Positions 1 through 8,922 are shown, numbered from the stretch's first letter. The stretch is 39,649 nucleotides of DNA from an uncultured Fidelibacterota bacterium (GCA_913045065.1 CAJWPX010000001.1:1-39649), one strand, 5' to 3'. Numbers and translations: made by a program. Notes: generated by a model from the sequence alone, not told the origin.

Positions 1-2
1 TA

Positions 3-863
3 GATGAAAATTTTAACTCAATTAAAGGAAAATTAAGGCTAGAATTAGCAAAGATCGAACTAGACAGAAATAACCTAGATTTTGCTATACAAAGCTTGGA
101 TCAGGTAGCCCAAGACAATCAAAATACTGAGGTTGCGGTGGAAGCATACTATTTGCTTGGGAATAGCTTTCTTAAAAGCCCCAATATTGATTTTGAACGT
201 GCAATTTTTTTTATGGATCAGGGGATGAAGCAAAATTTTAATTCTCCTTATAAAATTATTATTTCTAATAAACGAGATTCGGTGAATAAGATTATTGCAC
301 TTACCAAAGATTCAGAGGAAGACATTACTAATAATCCATCAATTTTATATGGAATTGCAGAAATTTTAGCATTTGATATTGGCAATACTTATGAAGCATT
401 AGATTATTTTGAAAGAATCATTAACAGTCATGTAGAATCAGATTTTTATACAAAATCGTTATTTGCTGCTTACTCCATATATAACAGGAAAAATGCTTTA
501 GAAGGAGATCAGTATAAGGAAATAATTTTAAAACAATATCCACAATCAGATTATGCAAAAATGATTATAGAAAATGAACAATTAAATATTCAGCATGAGC
601 CTTCAGAGCTCCTGTTAACTGCCGAGTCACTTTGGGCTGTTGATCAAAAGAAATCTTTAAGTGTTTATAGACAAATTTTAGACAAAGATTCGTCAACATT
701 ATCCTCAAATATTGCAGCATATTTTTTAGCATATTACTATGATTATGAATTATCCCAAAAAGATAGTGCTATTGTATATTACCAATGGATTAAAGAAAAA
801 CATCCATCTTCAGATCAAGGAATAATTGCTCAGAAAAGATTGGAAGCACTCAATGTTGAGTAA
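3..863 (+). CDS. TPR-like helical repeat protein, 5'-truncated by the window edge
   Basis: The frame is open from nt 3 with no stop, so the track ORF 96..863 starts at an internal TTG. Composition looks like helical repeats (AYYLLGNSF, ALDYFERII, AAYFLAYYYDY). No catalytic motif recognised. Confidence 0.5.
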   Translation, partial: DENFNSIKGKLRLELAKIELDRNNLDFAIQSLDQVAQDNQNTEVAVEAYYLLGNSFLKSPNIDFERAIFFMDQGMKQNFNSPYKIIISNKRDSVNKIIALTKDSEEDITNNPSILYGIAEILAFDIGNTYEALDYFERIINSHVESDFYTKSLFAAYSIYNRKNALEGDQYKEIILKQYPQSDYAKMIIENEQLNIQHEPSELLLTAESLWAVDQKKSLSVYRQILDKDSSTLSSNIAAYFLAYYYDYELSQKDSAIVYYQWIKEKHPSSDQGIIAQKRLEALNVE

Positions 864-1917
864 TGTAAGAGCAAAAATATTCTCAATAAATTATCGTTTT
901 ATAAGAAGAACAATAATTAATCTATGTGCTCGAAGACCTAAAGATTTAGAACAGGCTATCATGATTGGGGATAGGCTAAATAGTAGTTTAATGAATTCTC
1001 CACTACGTAATTTTTTTAAATTTTCTATTCCTAAAAACATCAGTACATCGTTATTTGATTTAGAGTTTCCTTCACCATTAGTTGCAGCTTCTTTTAAAGA
1101 TGATATAGATGCATTGTTTCAATGGCAATTATTAGGCTTAGGCGGTATCACATACAAAACAGTGCTCAAAACTCCATCAGACGGGAATAAAAGACCTAGA
1201 ATACAAGAAATTTACTATAATTCACACTATGGATTGATTAATTCATTGGGTTTGCCAACAAAAGGTTTAGAACATTTTGTTTCTAATTTTGACAATAAAC
1301 GAATATTGTCTTTTAATCGTCCTGTAGGAATTAGCATTGGAGGGAATAATTTAGACGAATATTTAAGTGTTTTTAGTAAAATTCATCTCAAAGTACATTC
1401 TCTGGATTTTAAAAAAGTTTTTTATGAGATAAATATAAGTTGTCCAAATACACAAGACGGAAAATGTTTAAGTGATAATTTAGAGAATCTGTCATCTTTA
1501 CTGACAGCAATTCGATCTGTTTCTTCAAATGTAGTTATCGTTAAAGTGTCCCCTGATAGTAGCAATGAAGATGTTCTAAATATATGTGAATTGCTTTCTA
1601 ATTTTGAAAAATGTGCTATTAATGTGGGGAATACAAAGCATATATCAGCCCAATCGGTTGGATTAAATGCTAATGAGTTTTCAGAAGAAGGTGGAGGATT
1701 AAGTGGGATTGCTTTATTCAAAAATACTTTAAAGAGAGTTGAATTAGTGCATAATAATTCTAAAATTCCAATAATTGCTACAGGAGGAATCATGGACTAT
1801 AATCAAGTAAAATCCGTACAAGGTAAAGGAGCAGTATTAGTTGGTATGGCGACTCAGTTAGTAACTGATCCATTTAAGATTCCTCAGATTAATATTAAAC
1901 TATCTCATGCGCTTTAG
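853..1917 (+). CDS. pyrD: dihydroorotate dehydrogenase family protein
   Basis: DHODH motifs are present: GNKRPRI, LINSLGLPTKG, INISCPNT (nt 1432-1452), GGLSG, IIATGGI. The track start at 826 is possible, but the ATG at 853 gives MLSNV... with a smaller overlap with the upstream gene. There are about 70 aa ahead of the first barrel strand. Confidence 0.7.
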   Translation: MLSNVRAKIFSINYRFIRRTIINLCARRPKDLEQAIMIGDRLNSSLMNSPLRNFFKFSIPKNISTSLFDLEFPSPLVAASFKDDIDALFQWQLLGLGGITYKTVLKTPSDGNKRPRIQEIYYNSHYGLINSLGLPTKGLEHFVSNFDNKRILSFNRPVGISIGGNNLDEYLSVFSKIHLKVHSLDFKKVFYEINISCPNTQDGKCLSDNLENLSSLLTAIRSVSSNVVIVKVSPDSSNEDVLNICELLSNFEKCAINVGNTKHISAQSVGLNANEFSEEGGGLSGIALFKNTLKRVELVHNNSKIPIIATGGIMDYNQVKSVQGKGAVLVGMATQLVTDPFKIPQINIKLSHAL

Positions 1918-2350
1918 AATAATATTAATAATCTCTCTTATGACGATAAGTTGCGGTCCAAGTGTTGCTTATGGTGATTATGTTAATTCGGATGGAATGA
2001 CTCGGAAACAAATTGAGGCAATACGCAATCATCCTAAGGTTCAGGTAGGGATTGCTTCGTATTATGGGAAGGAATTTCATAGAAAACTAACAGCAAACGG
2101 ACAAAAATTTAATATGTATAAAGTTAGTGCTGCACATAAAACTCTGCCTTTGGGTACAAAAATACGAGTAACCAATCTAAATAATGGAAGATCGCTTAAA
2201 GTTATTATTAATGATAGAGGACCATTCGCAAAAGGTCGCATACTGGACCTATCGTATAGGGCTGCACAAAAACTAGGATTTGTTAATCATGGAACAACAA
2301 AGATTCGTATTGACGTACTGAATCTTGGTGACAATAAATATTATAAATAA
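1907..2350 (+). CDS. rlpA: septal ring lytic transglycosylase RlpA-family lipoprotein (DPBB domain)
   Basis: Lipobox LMTISC is present. The core GIASYYGKEFHRKLTANGQKF...AAHKTLPLGTKIRVTNLNNGRSLKVIINDRGPF is typical of the RlpA double-psi beta-barrel. Confidence 0.85.
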   Translation: MRFRIILIISLMTISCGPSVAYGDYVNSDGMTRKQIEAIRNHPKVQVGIASYYGKEFHRKLTANGQKFNMYKVSAAHKTLPLGTKIRVTNLNNGRSLKVIINDRGPFAKGRILDLSYRAAQKLGFVNHGTTKIRIDVLNLGDNKYYK

Positions 2351-2352
2351 TT

Positions 2353-3243
2353 ATGAAATCTATTCTTTGTATCGTTAATCCTGTCAGTGGGTTAAAAAAA
2401 TCACTTAAAGTATATTATGAAGTAGAAAAAAAGATAAAAGATGCGGGATTTTCTCCTACATTATTTACCACAAGCTATGTTGGTCATGCTACTGAGTATG
2501 TTTCTACCTTAAAACCAAATGAATTTGATAGGGTATTAGTCTTTGGTGGGGATGGGACAGTTAATGAGACGGTAAATGGACTATATCAAGCAGACTTATT
2601 GACACATTTTCCCCTTGGTATTATTCCTACTGGATCTGGTAATTCAGTTATGCACGATATTGATTGTCTTGATTATCATGATGCAATAGATAGGGTTTTA
2701 GAGGACAATATTCAATTAATGGATGTCAATAAGGTTATTTTTGATGATGGAGTACGATTGAGTATTAGTATTATAGGTTGGGGAATGTTCTCTTATGGAA
2801 ATCTTCTGGCCGAAAAGTTAAGATTTTTGGGGACAATACGTTATGATGTTGCCTCAATAATTAAGTTGTTGCAACGATCATTTTATGACGCAAAAATGAC
2901 AATTAATAATAACACATCTGATATTTCATGCGCATTTATAGTAGGATGTAATAGTATTCATACTGGAAAAGGTATGAAGGCAGCTCCAAATGGAGGATTT
3001 TTCGACGGAGTAATAGATATATTAATTGTCAAAAATGATGTAAACCGATTGCAATTAATTAATTTATTTTCAAAAGTGTTTAAAGGGGAACATATTCATC
3101 TGCCGTACGTGCACATAGAGAAGGCAAAATCATTCAAAATTGATGCCCTAGGAGAATCTCTATTTAACCTGGATGGAGATTTAGTTAAAAGTAGTAAAAT
3201 TAGCACTGAAGTAATTCCAAAAGCGATTAAGCTTTTGGTATAA
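2353..3243 (+). CDS. diacylglycerol kinase catalytic-domain lipid kinase (YegS/BmrU-like)
   Basis: VLVFGGDGTVNETVNGL and IPTGSGNS motifs of the DAGK_cat family are present, and the ~300 aa length is typical. Confidence 0.75.
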   Translation: MKSILCIVNPVSGLKKSLKVYYEVEKKIKDAGFSPTLFTTSYVGHATEYVSTLKPNEFDRVLVFGGDGTVNETVNGLYQADLLTHFPLGIIPTGSGNSVMHDIDCLDYHDAIDRVLEDNIQLMDVNKVIFDDGVRLSISIIGWGMFSYGNLLAEKLRFLGTIRYDVASIIKLLQRSFYDAKMTINNNTSDISCAFIVGCNSIHTGKGMKAAPNGGFFDGVIDILIVKNDVNRLQLINLFSKVFKGEHIHLPYVHIEKAKSFKIDALGESLFNLDGDLVKSSKISTEVIPKAIKLLV

Positions 3244-3268
3244 TTAGGAACTATTCTTAGCTTCTAAT

Positions 3269-3919
3269 ATGAGTTCTCTTCAATCAAGACTTCCCGTTTA
3301 TCTAATAGGTCTTCCTCTCTCTCTATGGATTGTCTTAATTGGTGGGTGGGCTTTCAAGCTTCTTGTGGTATTTTTTATGACAATGGCTTTCATCGAATTT
3401 CTCTCTTTGAGGTCAAAAGATAGCAATTTTATTCTTTGGGCTTTTCTTGGTATATGTTATGTGTGTGTTGGTCTTTCATCTTTACTTGTTTTGCGCAGTA
3501 TCGATAACGAGCTAAATTCTTATTTTACACTTATGTTATTCTGTGGAGTAACGTTAAATGATACCTTTGCGTACATTTTTGGTAGTTTGATTGGTGGAAA
3601 GAAAATTGCGCCATCAATTAGTCCAAACAAGACTTATGCCGGTCTATTGGGTGGCCTGATAGCCTCCATAGTGTTTATATTGCTATTTGATCGCTTTGTT
3701 TTCCCTCTTAGCATAGGTGACCAGTGCATATTCGTATTAATCTTCAGCATTGTTGGATTTTTAGGCGATTTATTGGAATCTTTCTTAAAACGACAAGCGA
3801 ATGTAAAGGATTCGTCTCGTCTATTAATGGGGCATGGTGGTGCACTAGATAGAGTTGATTCTTTAATATTGACATCTCCATTAACATTGTTATATGTTAT
3901 TGGGCAATATTTGTTATGA
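3269..3919 (+). CDS. cdsA: phosphatidate cytidylyltransferase (CDP-diglyceride synthase), short form
   Basis: Polytopic membrane protein with the C-terminal CTP-transferase signature SFLKRQANVKDSSRLLMGHGGALDRVDS. Confidence 0.8.
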   Translation: MSSLQSRLPVYLIGLPLSLWIVLIGGWAFKLLVVFFMTMAFIEFLSLRSKDSNFILWAFLGICYVCVGLSSLLVLRSIDNELNSYFTLMLFCGVTLNDTFAYIFGSLIGGKKIAPSISPNKTYAGLLGGLIASIVFILLFDRFVFPLSIGDQCIFVLIFSIVGFLGDLLESFLKRQANVKDSSRLLMGHGGALDRVDSLILTSPLTLLYVIGQYLL

Positions 3920-5742
3920 GTAAAAAGATCAAATCTATATTAGCAACAGATTGTGGTAGTACAACCACAAAAGCAATTTTAATTGAATGGAAAGACAATC
4001 GTTATCGTCTAACATTTAGAGGAGAAGCCCCCACGACTGTAGAAGCCCCTTTCGAAGATGTTACTAAGGGTGTTTTGAATGCTGTAATGGAAGTAGAAGA
4101 GTTATCTGGCAGAACCATTCTTAATGGGGATGAAATTATTACCCCTGATAATGGAGAAAAAGGGGTTGATATTTATGTGTCCACAAGCTCCGCAGGTGGT
4201 GGATTACAAATGATGGTAGCTGGAGTGGTAAAATCTATGTCTGGTGAAAGCGCAGAACGTGCTGCTTTAGGAGCTGGATCAATCGTTATGGATGTTTTGG
4301 CATCCAATGACGGTCGATTACCTCATGAAAAAATTACTAGAATCCGTCAGTTAAGACCTGATATGATCTTACTATCAGGTGGTACAGATGGAGGAACCAC
4401 AACGCATGTGATGGAATTAGCAGAAATATTAGCAGCTGCTAACCCTAGACCTAGGCTTGGACAGAATTATAAATTACCTGTAATTTATGCTGGCAACAAT
4501 AAGGCACAGGATAATATTCGAAAGACATTGGGCGAGATATCAGACTTAGATATTGTGGAAAATATTCGTCCAGTTCTTGAACAAGAAAATTTGGAACCTT
4601 CTCGAGATAAAATTCATGATTTATTTATGGAACATGTGATGGCACAAGCGCCAGGATATAAAAAATTAATGTCTTGGACAGATGCCCCAATTATGCCAAC
4701 ACCTGGAGCTGTTGGTTCTTTAATTGAAATGATTGCAAAGAAAGAAAATATTTCTGTGGTAGGAGTTGATATTGGTGGAGCAACAACAGATATTTTTTCA
4801 GTGTTTGAAGGAAAGTTTAATCGTACGGTGAGTGCCAATCTTGGAATGAGTTATTCAATTTGTAATGTATTAGCTGAATCTGGTCTAGACAATGTATTAA
4901 GATGGGTTCCTTTTGATATCGATCATAGGAATTTAACAAATCGTATTGGAAATAAAATGATTCGTCCAACTACTGTTCCTCAATCGTTAGAAGAATTGGT
5001 AGTGGAACAAGCAATTGCGAGAGAGGCTTTAAGGCTTTCATTTATTCAACATAAAGCATTTGCTACGAGTCTCAAAGGTGTCCAGTCAGAAAGAACAATT
5101 TCTGATGCCTTTGAACAATCATCTAGTGGACAATCTCTTGTGAACATGATGGAATTGGATTTATTAGTAGGGTCTGGAGGGGTTTTGTCACATGCTCCTC
5201 GTAGACAACAAGCTGCTAGAATGCTTATTGATGCATTTATGCCAGAAGGAATTACGCAGATAGCAGTAGACTCAATTTTTATGATGCCTCAATTAGGAGT
5301 TTTAGCCAATATCGATAGTAAAGAATTAAAAGATGATGCAAACCAAGCAGCTTTAGAAGTTTTTGATAACGATTGTTTAATTAGATTAGGGACATGTATT
5401 ACGCCAATAGGTAAGGCAAAACCAAAGTCTGAAATGGCCCAAATATCTTTGAGTTTTGAAGATGGTTCAACAAAGAAAGTTGCTATTAATGAAGGTTCTT
5501 TAGAAATGCTTGAAGTTCCTTACGAACCAGTAAAGATTGAAATACAACCTTCAAGAGGAATTGATGTAGGAGCTGGAAAAGGAGAGCCATTAAGTTCTAC
5601 AATCTATGGAGGAGTTGTTGGATTAATCTTCGATGGTAGAAATCGACCAATTAACTTACCAAAAGATTCTTCGGAGCGTATCCAAAATTTACTTAATTGG
5701 TCTGCTGCGGTTAATGAATATCCTAAAGGAGATTTGTTCTAA
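3916..5742 (+). CDS. GlmL/MutL-family (hydantoinase-like) actin-fold ATPase with no mutase partner nearby
   Basis: ASKHA phosphate motifs DCGSTTTK (nt 3949-3972) and DIGGATTD (nt 4768-4791) are present, plus GGTDGGTTT and an adenosine-type GSGGVLSHAP. Overall it resembles the glutamate mutase accessory protein family, with an extra beta-rich C-terminal region. Its start overlaps the cdsA stop (ATGA). Confidence 0.7.
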   Translation: MSKKIKSILATDCGSTTTKAILIEWKDNRYRLTFRGEAPTTVEAPFEDVTKGVLNAVMEVEELSGRTILNGDEIITPDNGEKGVDIYVSTSSAGGGLQMMVAGVVKSMSGESAERAALGAGSIVMDVLASNDGRLPHEKITRIRQLRPDMILLSGGTDGGTTTHVMELAEILAAANPRPRLGQNYKLPVIYAGNNKAQDNIRKTLGEISDLDIVENIRPVLEQENLEPSRDKIHDLFMEHVMAQAPGYKKLMSWTDAPIMPTPGAVGSLIEMIAKKENISVVGVDIGGATTDIFSVFEGKFNRTVSANLGMSYSICNVLAESGLDNVLRWVPFDIDHRNLTNRIGNKMIRPTTVPQSLEELVVEQAIAREALRLSFIQHKAFATSLKGVQSERTISDAFEQSSSGQSLVNMMELDLLVGSGGVLSHAPRRQQAARMLIDAFMPEGITQIAVDSIFMMPQLGVLANIDSKELKDDANQAALEVFDNDCLIRLGTCITPIGKAKPKSEMAQISLSFEDGSTKKVAINEGSLEMLEVPYEPVKIEIQPSRGIDVGAGKGEPLSSTIYGGVVGLIFDGRNRPINLPKDSSERIQNLLNWSAAVNEYPKGDLF

Positions 5743-6863
5743 TGGCACATTCGTATACCCCAGGATTAAAGGTTTTAAAAAAGACATTATTTAGCAAAGA
5801 AAGAATCTTACCACTGAAGGGAGAAGTCTTAGTAAAGCAAGGGGATAAATTATCTCCAGAAACGATTGTAGCATCAACTTCTCTTCCAGGGAATATCCAA
5901 ATGTTAAAAGTAAATAATATCCTCAATATTGAACCAGGAGATGTGAAAGCTTGTTTGGTTGTCAAAGAAGGGGATAGTGTTAAAAAAGGTGAAAAAATTG
6001 CTGAAACAGCAGGATTATTAGGTATGTTCAAATCATCTGTTGAATCTCCAACGGATGGTACTGTTGAATCTATTTCAGATAGTACAGGGCGAGTTGTCCT
6101 ACGTGAAGCACCAATTCCAGTAGAAGTAGATGCTTATGTAAGTGGTAGAGTAGGAAAAGTAATTCACAATGAAGGAATTATAGTAACTTCTAACGCTTCT
6201 TTTATCCAAGGTATTTTTGGTATTGCAGGGGAAAAACAAGGGGCATTACAACTGGTTTCTCAAGATCCATCCGAAGAATTAACTGCAGAAAAAATTACAA
6301 ATGATATGGCTGGAAAAATTTTAATCGGAGGAGCATTTTTAAGCTTAGAGGCATATAAAAAAGCAATGTCATGTAATGTTGCTGGGATAGTTATTGGAGG
6401 ATTTAATTATTACGATCTAAAGGAAATATTAGGATACAATTTGGGTGTTGCAATTACCGGAACTGAAAAATTAAAAACAGCACTTATTGTCACTGAAGGA
6501 TATGGATCAATTCCAATGAGTAAGGCAACATTTGATTTATTGAAATCACATAATGGAAAGGATGCATCCATTAATGGAGCAACACAAATAAGAGCTGGGG
6601 TAATCCGTCCAGAAATTGTTATTCCACTTAAAGATGAGAGTAGCGAAGATATATCTTCAAATGTACAAGAAGGAATTCAAAAAGGAAGTGTTGTTAGAGT
6701 AATCCGTTCACCAAATTTTGGAAAAATAGGTACCGTTATTTCTCTGCCAGCCGAATTACAGAAAATGGAATCTGAGACAATGGTGAGAGTAGCAGAAATT
6801 AAAATTGATGATAAAAATTTTTTGATTCCAAGGGCTAACTTAGAGATGGTTGAATTACAATGA
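5742..6863 (+). CDS. hypothetical soluble protein with an N-terminal barrel-sandwich hybrid (NqrA/RnfC-like) domain and a C-terminal KOW-like motif
   Basis: VKEGDSVKKGEKIAE...SPTDGTVESI (nt 5961-6074) fits the hybrid-barrel pattern. KGSVVRVIRSPNFGKIGTV (nt 6681-6737) fits a KOW-like G-x-V-x-V...G-K-x-G-x-V pattern. There are no TM segments and no Cys clusters. Its start overlaps the upstream stop (TAATG). Confidence 0.6.
   Translation: MAHSYTPGLKVLKKTLFSKERILPLKGEVLVKQGDKLSPETIVASTSLPGNIQMLKVNNILNIEPGDVKACLVVKEGDSVKKGEKIAETAGLLGMFKSSVESPTDGTVESISDSTGRVVLREAPIPVEVDAYVSGRVGKVIHNEGIIVTSNASFIQGIFGIAGEKQGALQLVSQDPSEELTAEKITNDMAGKILIGGAFLSLEAYKKAMSCNVAGIVIGGFNYYDLKEILGYNLGVAITGTEKLKTALIVTEGYGSIPMSKATFDLLKSHNGKDASINGATQIRAGVIRPEIVIPLKDESSEDISSNVQEGIQKGSVVRVIRSPNFGKIGTVISLPAELQKMESETMVRVAEIKIDDKNFLIPRANLEMVELQ
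6807..6823 (+). repeat. 17-nt direct repeat copy 1 (GATGATAAAAATTTTTT)
   Basis: It matches nt 6881-6897 exactly. It lies in the last 20 codons of the 5742..6863 CDS and encodes DDKNFL. Confidence 0.9.
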
Positions 6864-7132
6864 ATCAAAATTTAACAATAGATGATAAAAATTTTTTAAC
6901 AAAAATTGCTAAAAAAATTATAGAATTGAAACTAGTAACTCCTGCTATTTTTTTTCTTGAGATGGCAAAACCATTAAATTTTATTGGTAGCCAAACTATG
7001 GTATTTTTTGGTCCAATAGTTAGTGCATTTGTCAAAACAGATGGTTATTATAGGGCTGCAGAATTATTTGAAAGTAACGTCAGCGTAGAATTTTTAATCT
7101 CTGAATTGGAAAGATTGGGTAAAAATGGATAA
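6860..7132 (+). CDS. small hypothetical protein with a central hydrophobic hairpin
   Basis: 90-aa ORF whose start overlaps the upstream stop (ATGA). The hydrophobic core is VTPAIFFLEMAKPLNFIGSQTMVFFGPIVSAFV. It shares the heptapeptide IDDKNFL with the C-terminus of the upstream protein. Confidence 0.55.
   Translation: MNQNLTIDDKNFLTKIAKKIIELKLVTPAIFFLEMAKPLNFIGSQTMVFFGPIVSAFVKTDGYYRAAELFESNVSVEFLISELERLGKNG
6881..6897 (+). repeat. 17-nt direct repeat copy 2 (GATGATAAAAATTTTTT)
   Basis: It matches nt 6807-6823 exactly. It lies in codons 8-13 of the 6860..7132 CDS and encodes DDKNFL in that gene's own, different frame. Confidence 0.9.
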
Positions 7133-7988
7133 CAAACGTGTTCTAATATATGCAGGAGGTATTCTAGGAATTGTTATCCTGACCTTGATCTTATCCCAGT
7201 TTCATATCTTTAATTCAAGTCGATCATTTATGTTTATTGTTTTGCTTACCATTATAATGGTATTGTTTAATGAAATTCAAAACGCAAGAAAAGATTCTGA
7301 TTCAATTTTTTTACGTACAATTCCTGGATTAAAAGCTGTTGAAGAAGCTGTAGGTCGTTCCACCGAAATGGGTAGGCCAATTCTTTATGTTCCAGGCATT
7401 ATGGATATGAACGAAGTTGAAACAGTTGCTGGTGTTATTATTCTAGGACATGTTGCACAAATGACTGCGCAATATGAAACTGGTCTTGATGTACCTGTTG
7501 CAAGATCTATTGTAATGCAAGCAGCACGGGAGTCCTGTAAAGAAGCATATCTTAGCCAAGGGCGACCAGAAATGTTTAATGAAGATATGGTTCATTATAT
7601 TACCGATGATCAATTTGCTTATGCAGCTGGGGTAAATGGTATAATGCAAAGAGATAAACCTGCTGCATGTCTGTATATGGGTAAGTTTTATGCAGAATCA
7701 CTCTTATTTGCGGAAACAGGAAACGGGATTGGTGCAATTCAGATTGCTGGAACAGCATCCCAAGCACAAATTCCTTTCTTTGTTACAGCTTGTGATTATA
7801 CTTTAATGGGGGAAGAATATTTTGCAGCAAGTGCTTACCTTTCTAGAAAACCTGAATTAATTGGTGGGGTTAAAACACAAGATACAGTCAAGTTGATGTT
7901 GATTGGACTAATCATTGTTTGTTTGGTAATGCGTGCGTTATTTGATCTTGATATTGTTTCGTTTAATCTTTTGGATATGATTGGATAA
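7125..7988 (+). CDS. hypothetical bitopic membrane protein (2 N-terminal TM, ~190-aa soluble domain, 1 C-terminal TM)
   Basis: TM-like stretches are VLIYAGGILGIVILTLILSQF, FMFIVLLTIIMVLF and a C-terminal LMLIGLIIVCLVMRALF. It overlaps the upstream gene by 8 nt. No known motif recognised. Confidence 0.6.
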   Translation: MDNKRVLIYAGGILGIVILTLILSQFHIFNSSRSFMFIVLLTIIMVLFNEIQNARKDSDSIFLRTIPGLKAVEEAVGRSTEMGRPILYVPGIMDMNEVETVAGVIILGHVAQMTAQYETGLDVPVARSIVMQAARESCKEAYLSQGRPEMFNEDMVHYITDDQFAYAAGVNGIMQRDKPAACLYMGKFYAESLLFAETGNGIGAIQIAGTASQAQIPFFVTACDYTLMGEEYFAASAYLSRKPELIGGVKTQDTVKLMLIGLIIVCLVMRALFDLDIVSFNLLDMIG

Positions 7989-7992
7989 TAGT

Positions 7993-8922
7993 ATGATTTG
8001 GAAAAGATATATACCAATTGCTATTGTAGGATTTTTCGGATCTCTCACTCTATTTGGTTGGTTCATTGAGAACGAAGGTATCAAAGCTTTTATTGATGAT
8101 GATGCAACTCAATGGTATGATATTATTGCCAGTTTTGCGATTTTTCTTGGAGCATTAAATTTATTAAAACTACAATTTTTAAAAGTTCTTAAACGACAAT
8201 CAGGTTGGGAATATAGTGTTGTTGCAATTCTTTCTTTCTTTATTGTTTTTGTTATAGGATTCTTTATGAGAGGTGCTTTTGTTGTCGATATTCCTAATAC
8301 CGATATACAGAGTACATACTTTACACAAGGAGCTGCAGAAGAAGCGGTTAATCACTTAAAAGATTCAGGTATTACTGCAAGTATTACACCTGCACAATGG
8401 GGAGCCCACATACAAACAGAAGGAGGGCTATTTAAATGGATGTTTGATAACATTTTTACCCCTCTTTCAGCAACTATGTTTGCTCTATTAGCGTTCTATG
8501 TTGCGTCAGCATCGTATCGTGCGTTTAGGGCAAGGAATTTCGAAGCAACATTACTCTTATTAGCTGGTATTATTATTATGATTGGAAGAGTTCCGATTGG
8601 TAGTCTTATTTCAAGCTGGATGATTATGTATTTATTGGTATTGGTAATTGGAATTCTTATTAATACATACTTTAGAAGTCGTCAACTTGTATTTGGTTGG
8701 GTTGCATTAGGGTTAATAGGTGTGACAGTTCTTGGCTCATTTATGGGTTGGCCTATAGATCAACCTGCAGTATTTTATCTGCCTGCTTTACAGGAATGGA
8801 TTTATACAGTACCTAATTTAGCTGGAGCACGAGCTATTATGATTGGTATTGGGTTAGGGGTAATTGTAACCAGTCTGAGATATATATTTGGACTCGAAAA
8901 ATCATATATAGGTGATCAATGA
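7993..8922 (+). CDS. hypothetical polytopic membrane protein (~8 TM) with a ~70-aa loop after TM3
   Basis: Hydrophobic segments run throughout (IAIVGFFGSLTLFGWF, IIASFAIFLGALNLL, VVAILSFFIVFVIGFF, MFALLAFYVASASY, LLLLAGIIIMIG and others). I chose the ATG at 7993; the track uses the TTG at 7981. Confidence 0.6.
   Translation: MIWKRYIPIAIVGFFGSLTLFGWFIENEGIKAFIDDDATQWYDIIASFAIFLGALNLLKLQFLKVLKRQSGWEYSVVAILSFFIVFVIGFFMRGAFVVDIPNTDIQSTYFTQGAAEEAVNHLKDSGITASITPAQWGAHIQTEGGLFKWMFDNIFTPLSATMFALLAFYVASASYRAFRARNFEATLLLLAGIIIMIGRVPIGSLISSWMIMYLLVLVIGILINTYFRSRQLVFGWVALGLIGVTVLGSFMGWPIDQPAVFYLPALQEWIYTVPNLAGARAIMIGIGLGVIVTSLRYIFGLEKSYIGDQ

Noticed and set aside
1422-1793. 123-aa antisense ORF inside the pyrD-like gene. 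The same applies to the antisense or alternate-frame ORFs at 4614..4838, 5723..6031, 6677..6868, 7443..7649, 7835..8017, 11138..11377, 11280..11492, 11469..11672, 12520..12732, 16337..16528, 17676..17894 and 18970..19170.
   Set aside because: Each lies wholly within, or mostly overlaps, a longer motif-supported CDS. They have low-complexity or odd composition, no SD and no recognisable motif, so they are typical shadow ORFs of an AT-rich genome.
6021-6035. The Lys in ...GLLGMFKSS... of the hybrid-barrel protein as a possible biotin or lipoyl attachment site
   Set aside because: The context lacks the (A/V)MKM or DKA-type hairpin. The pattern fits non-modified NqrA/RnfC-type barrels better.
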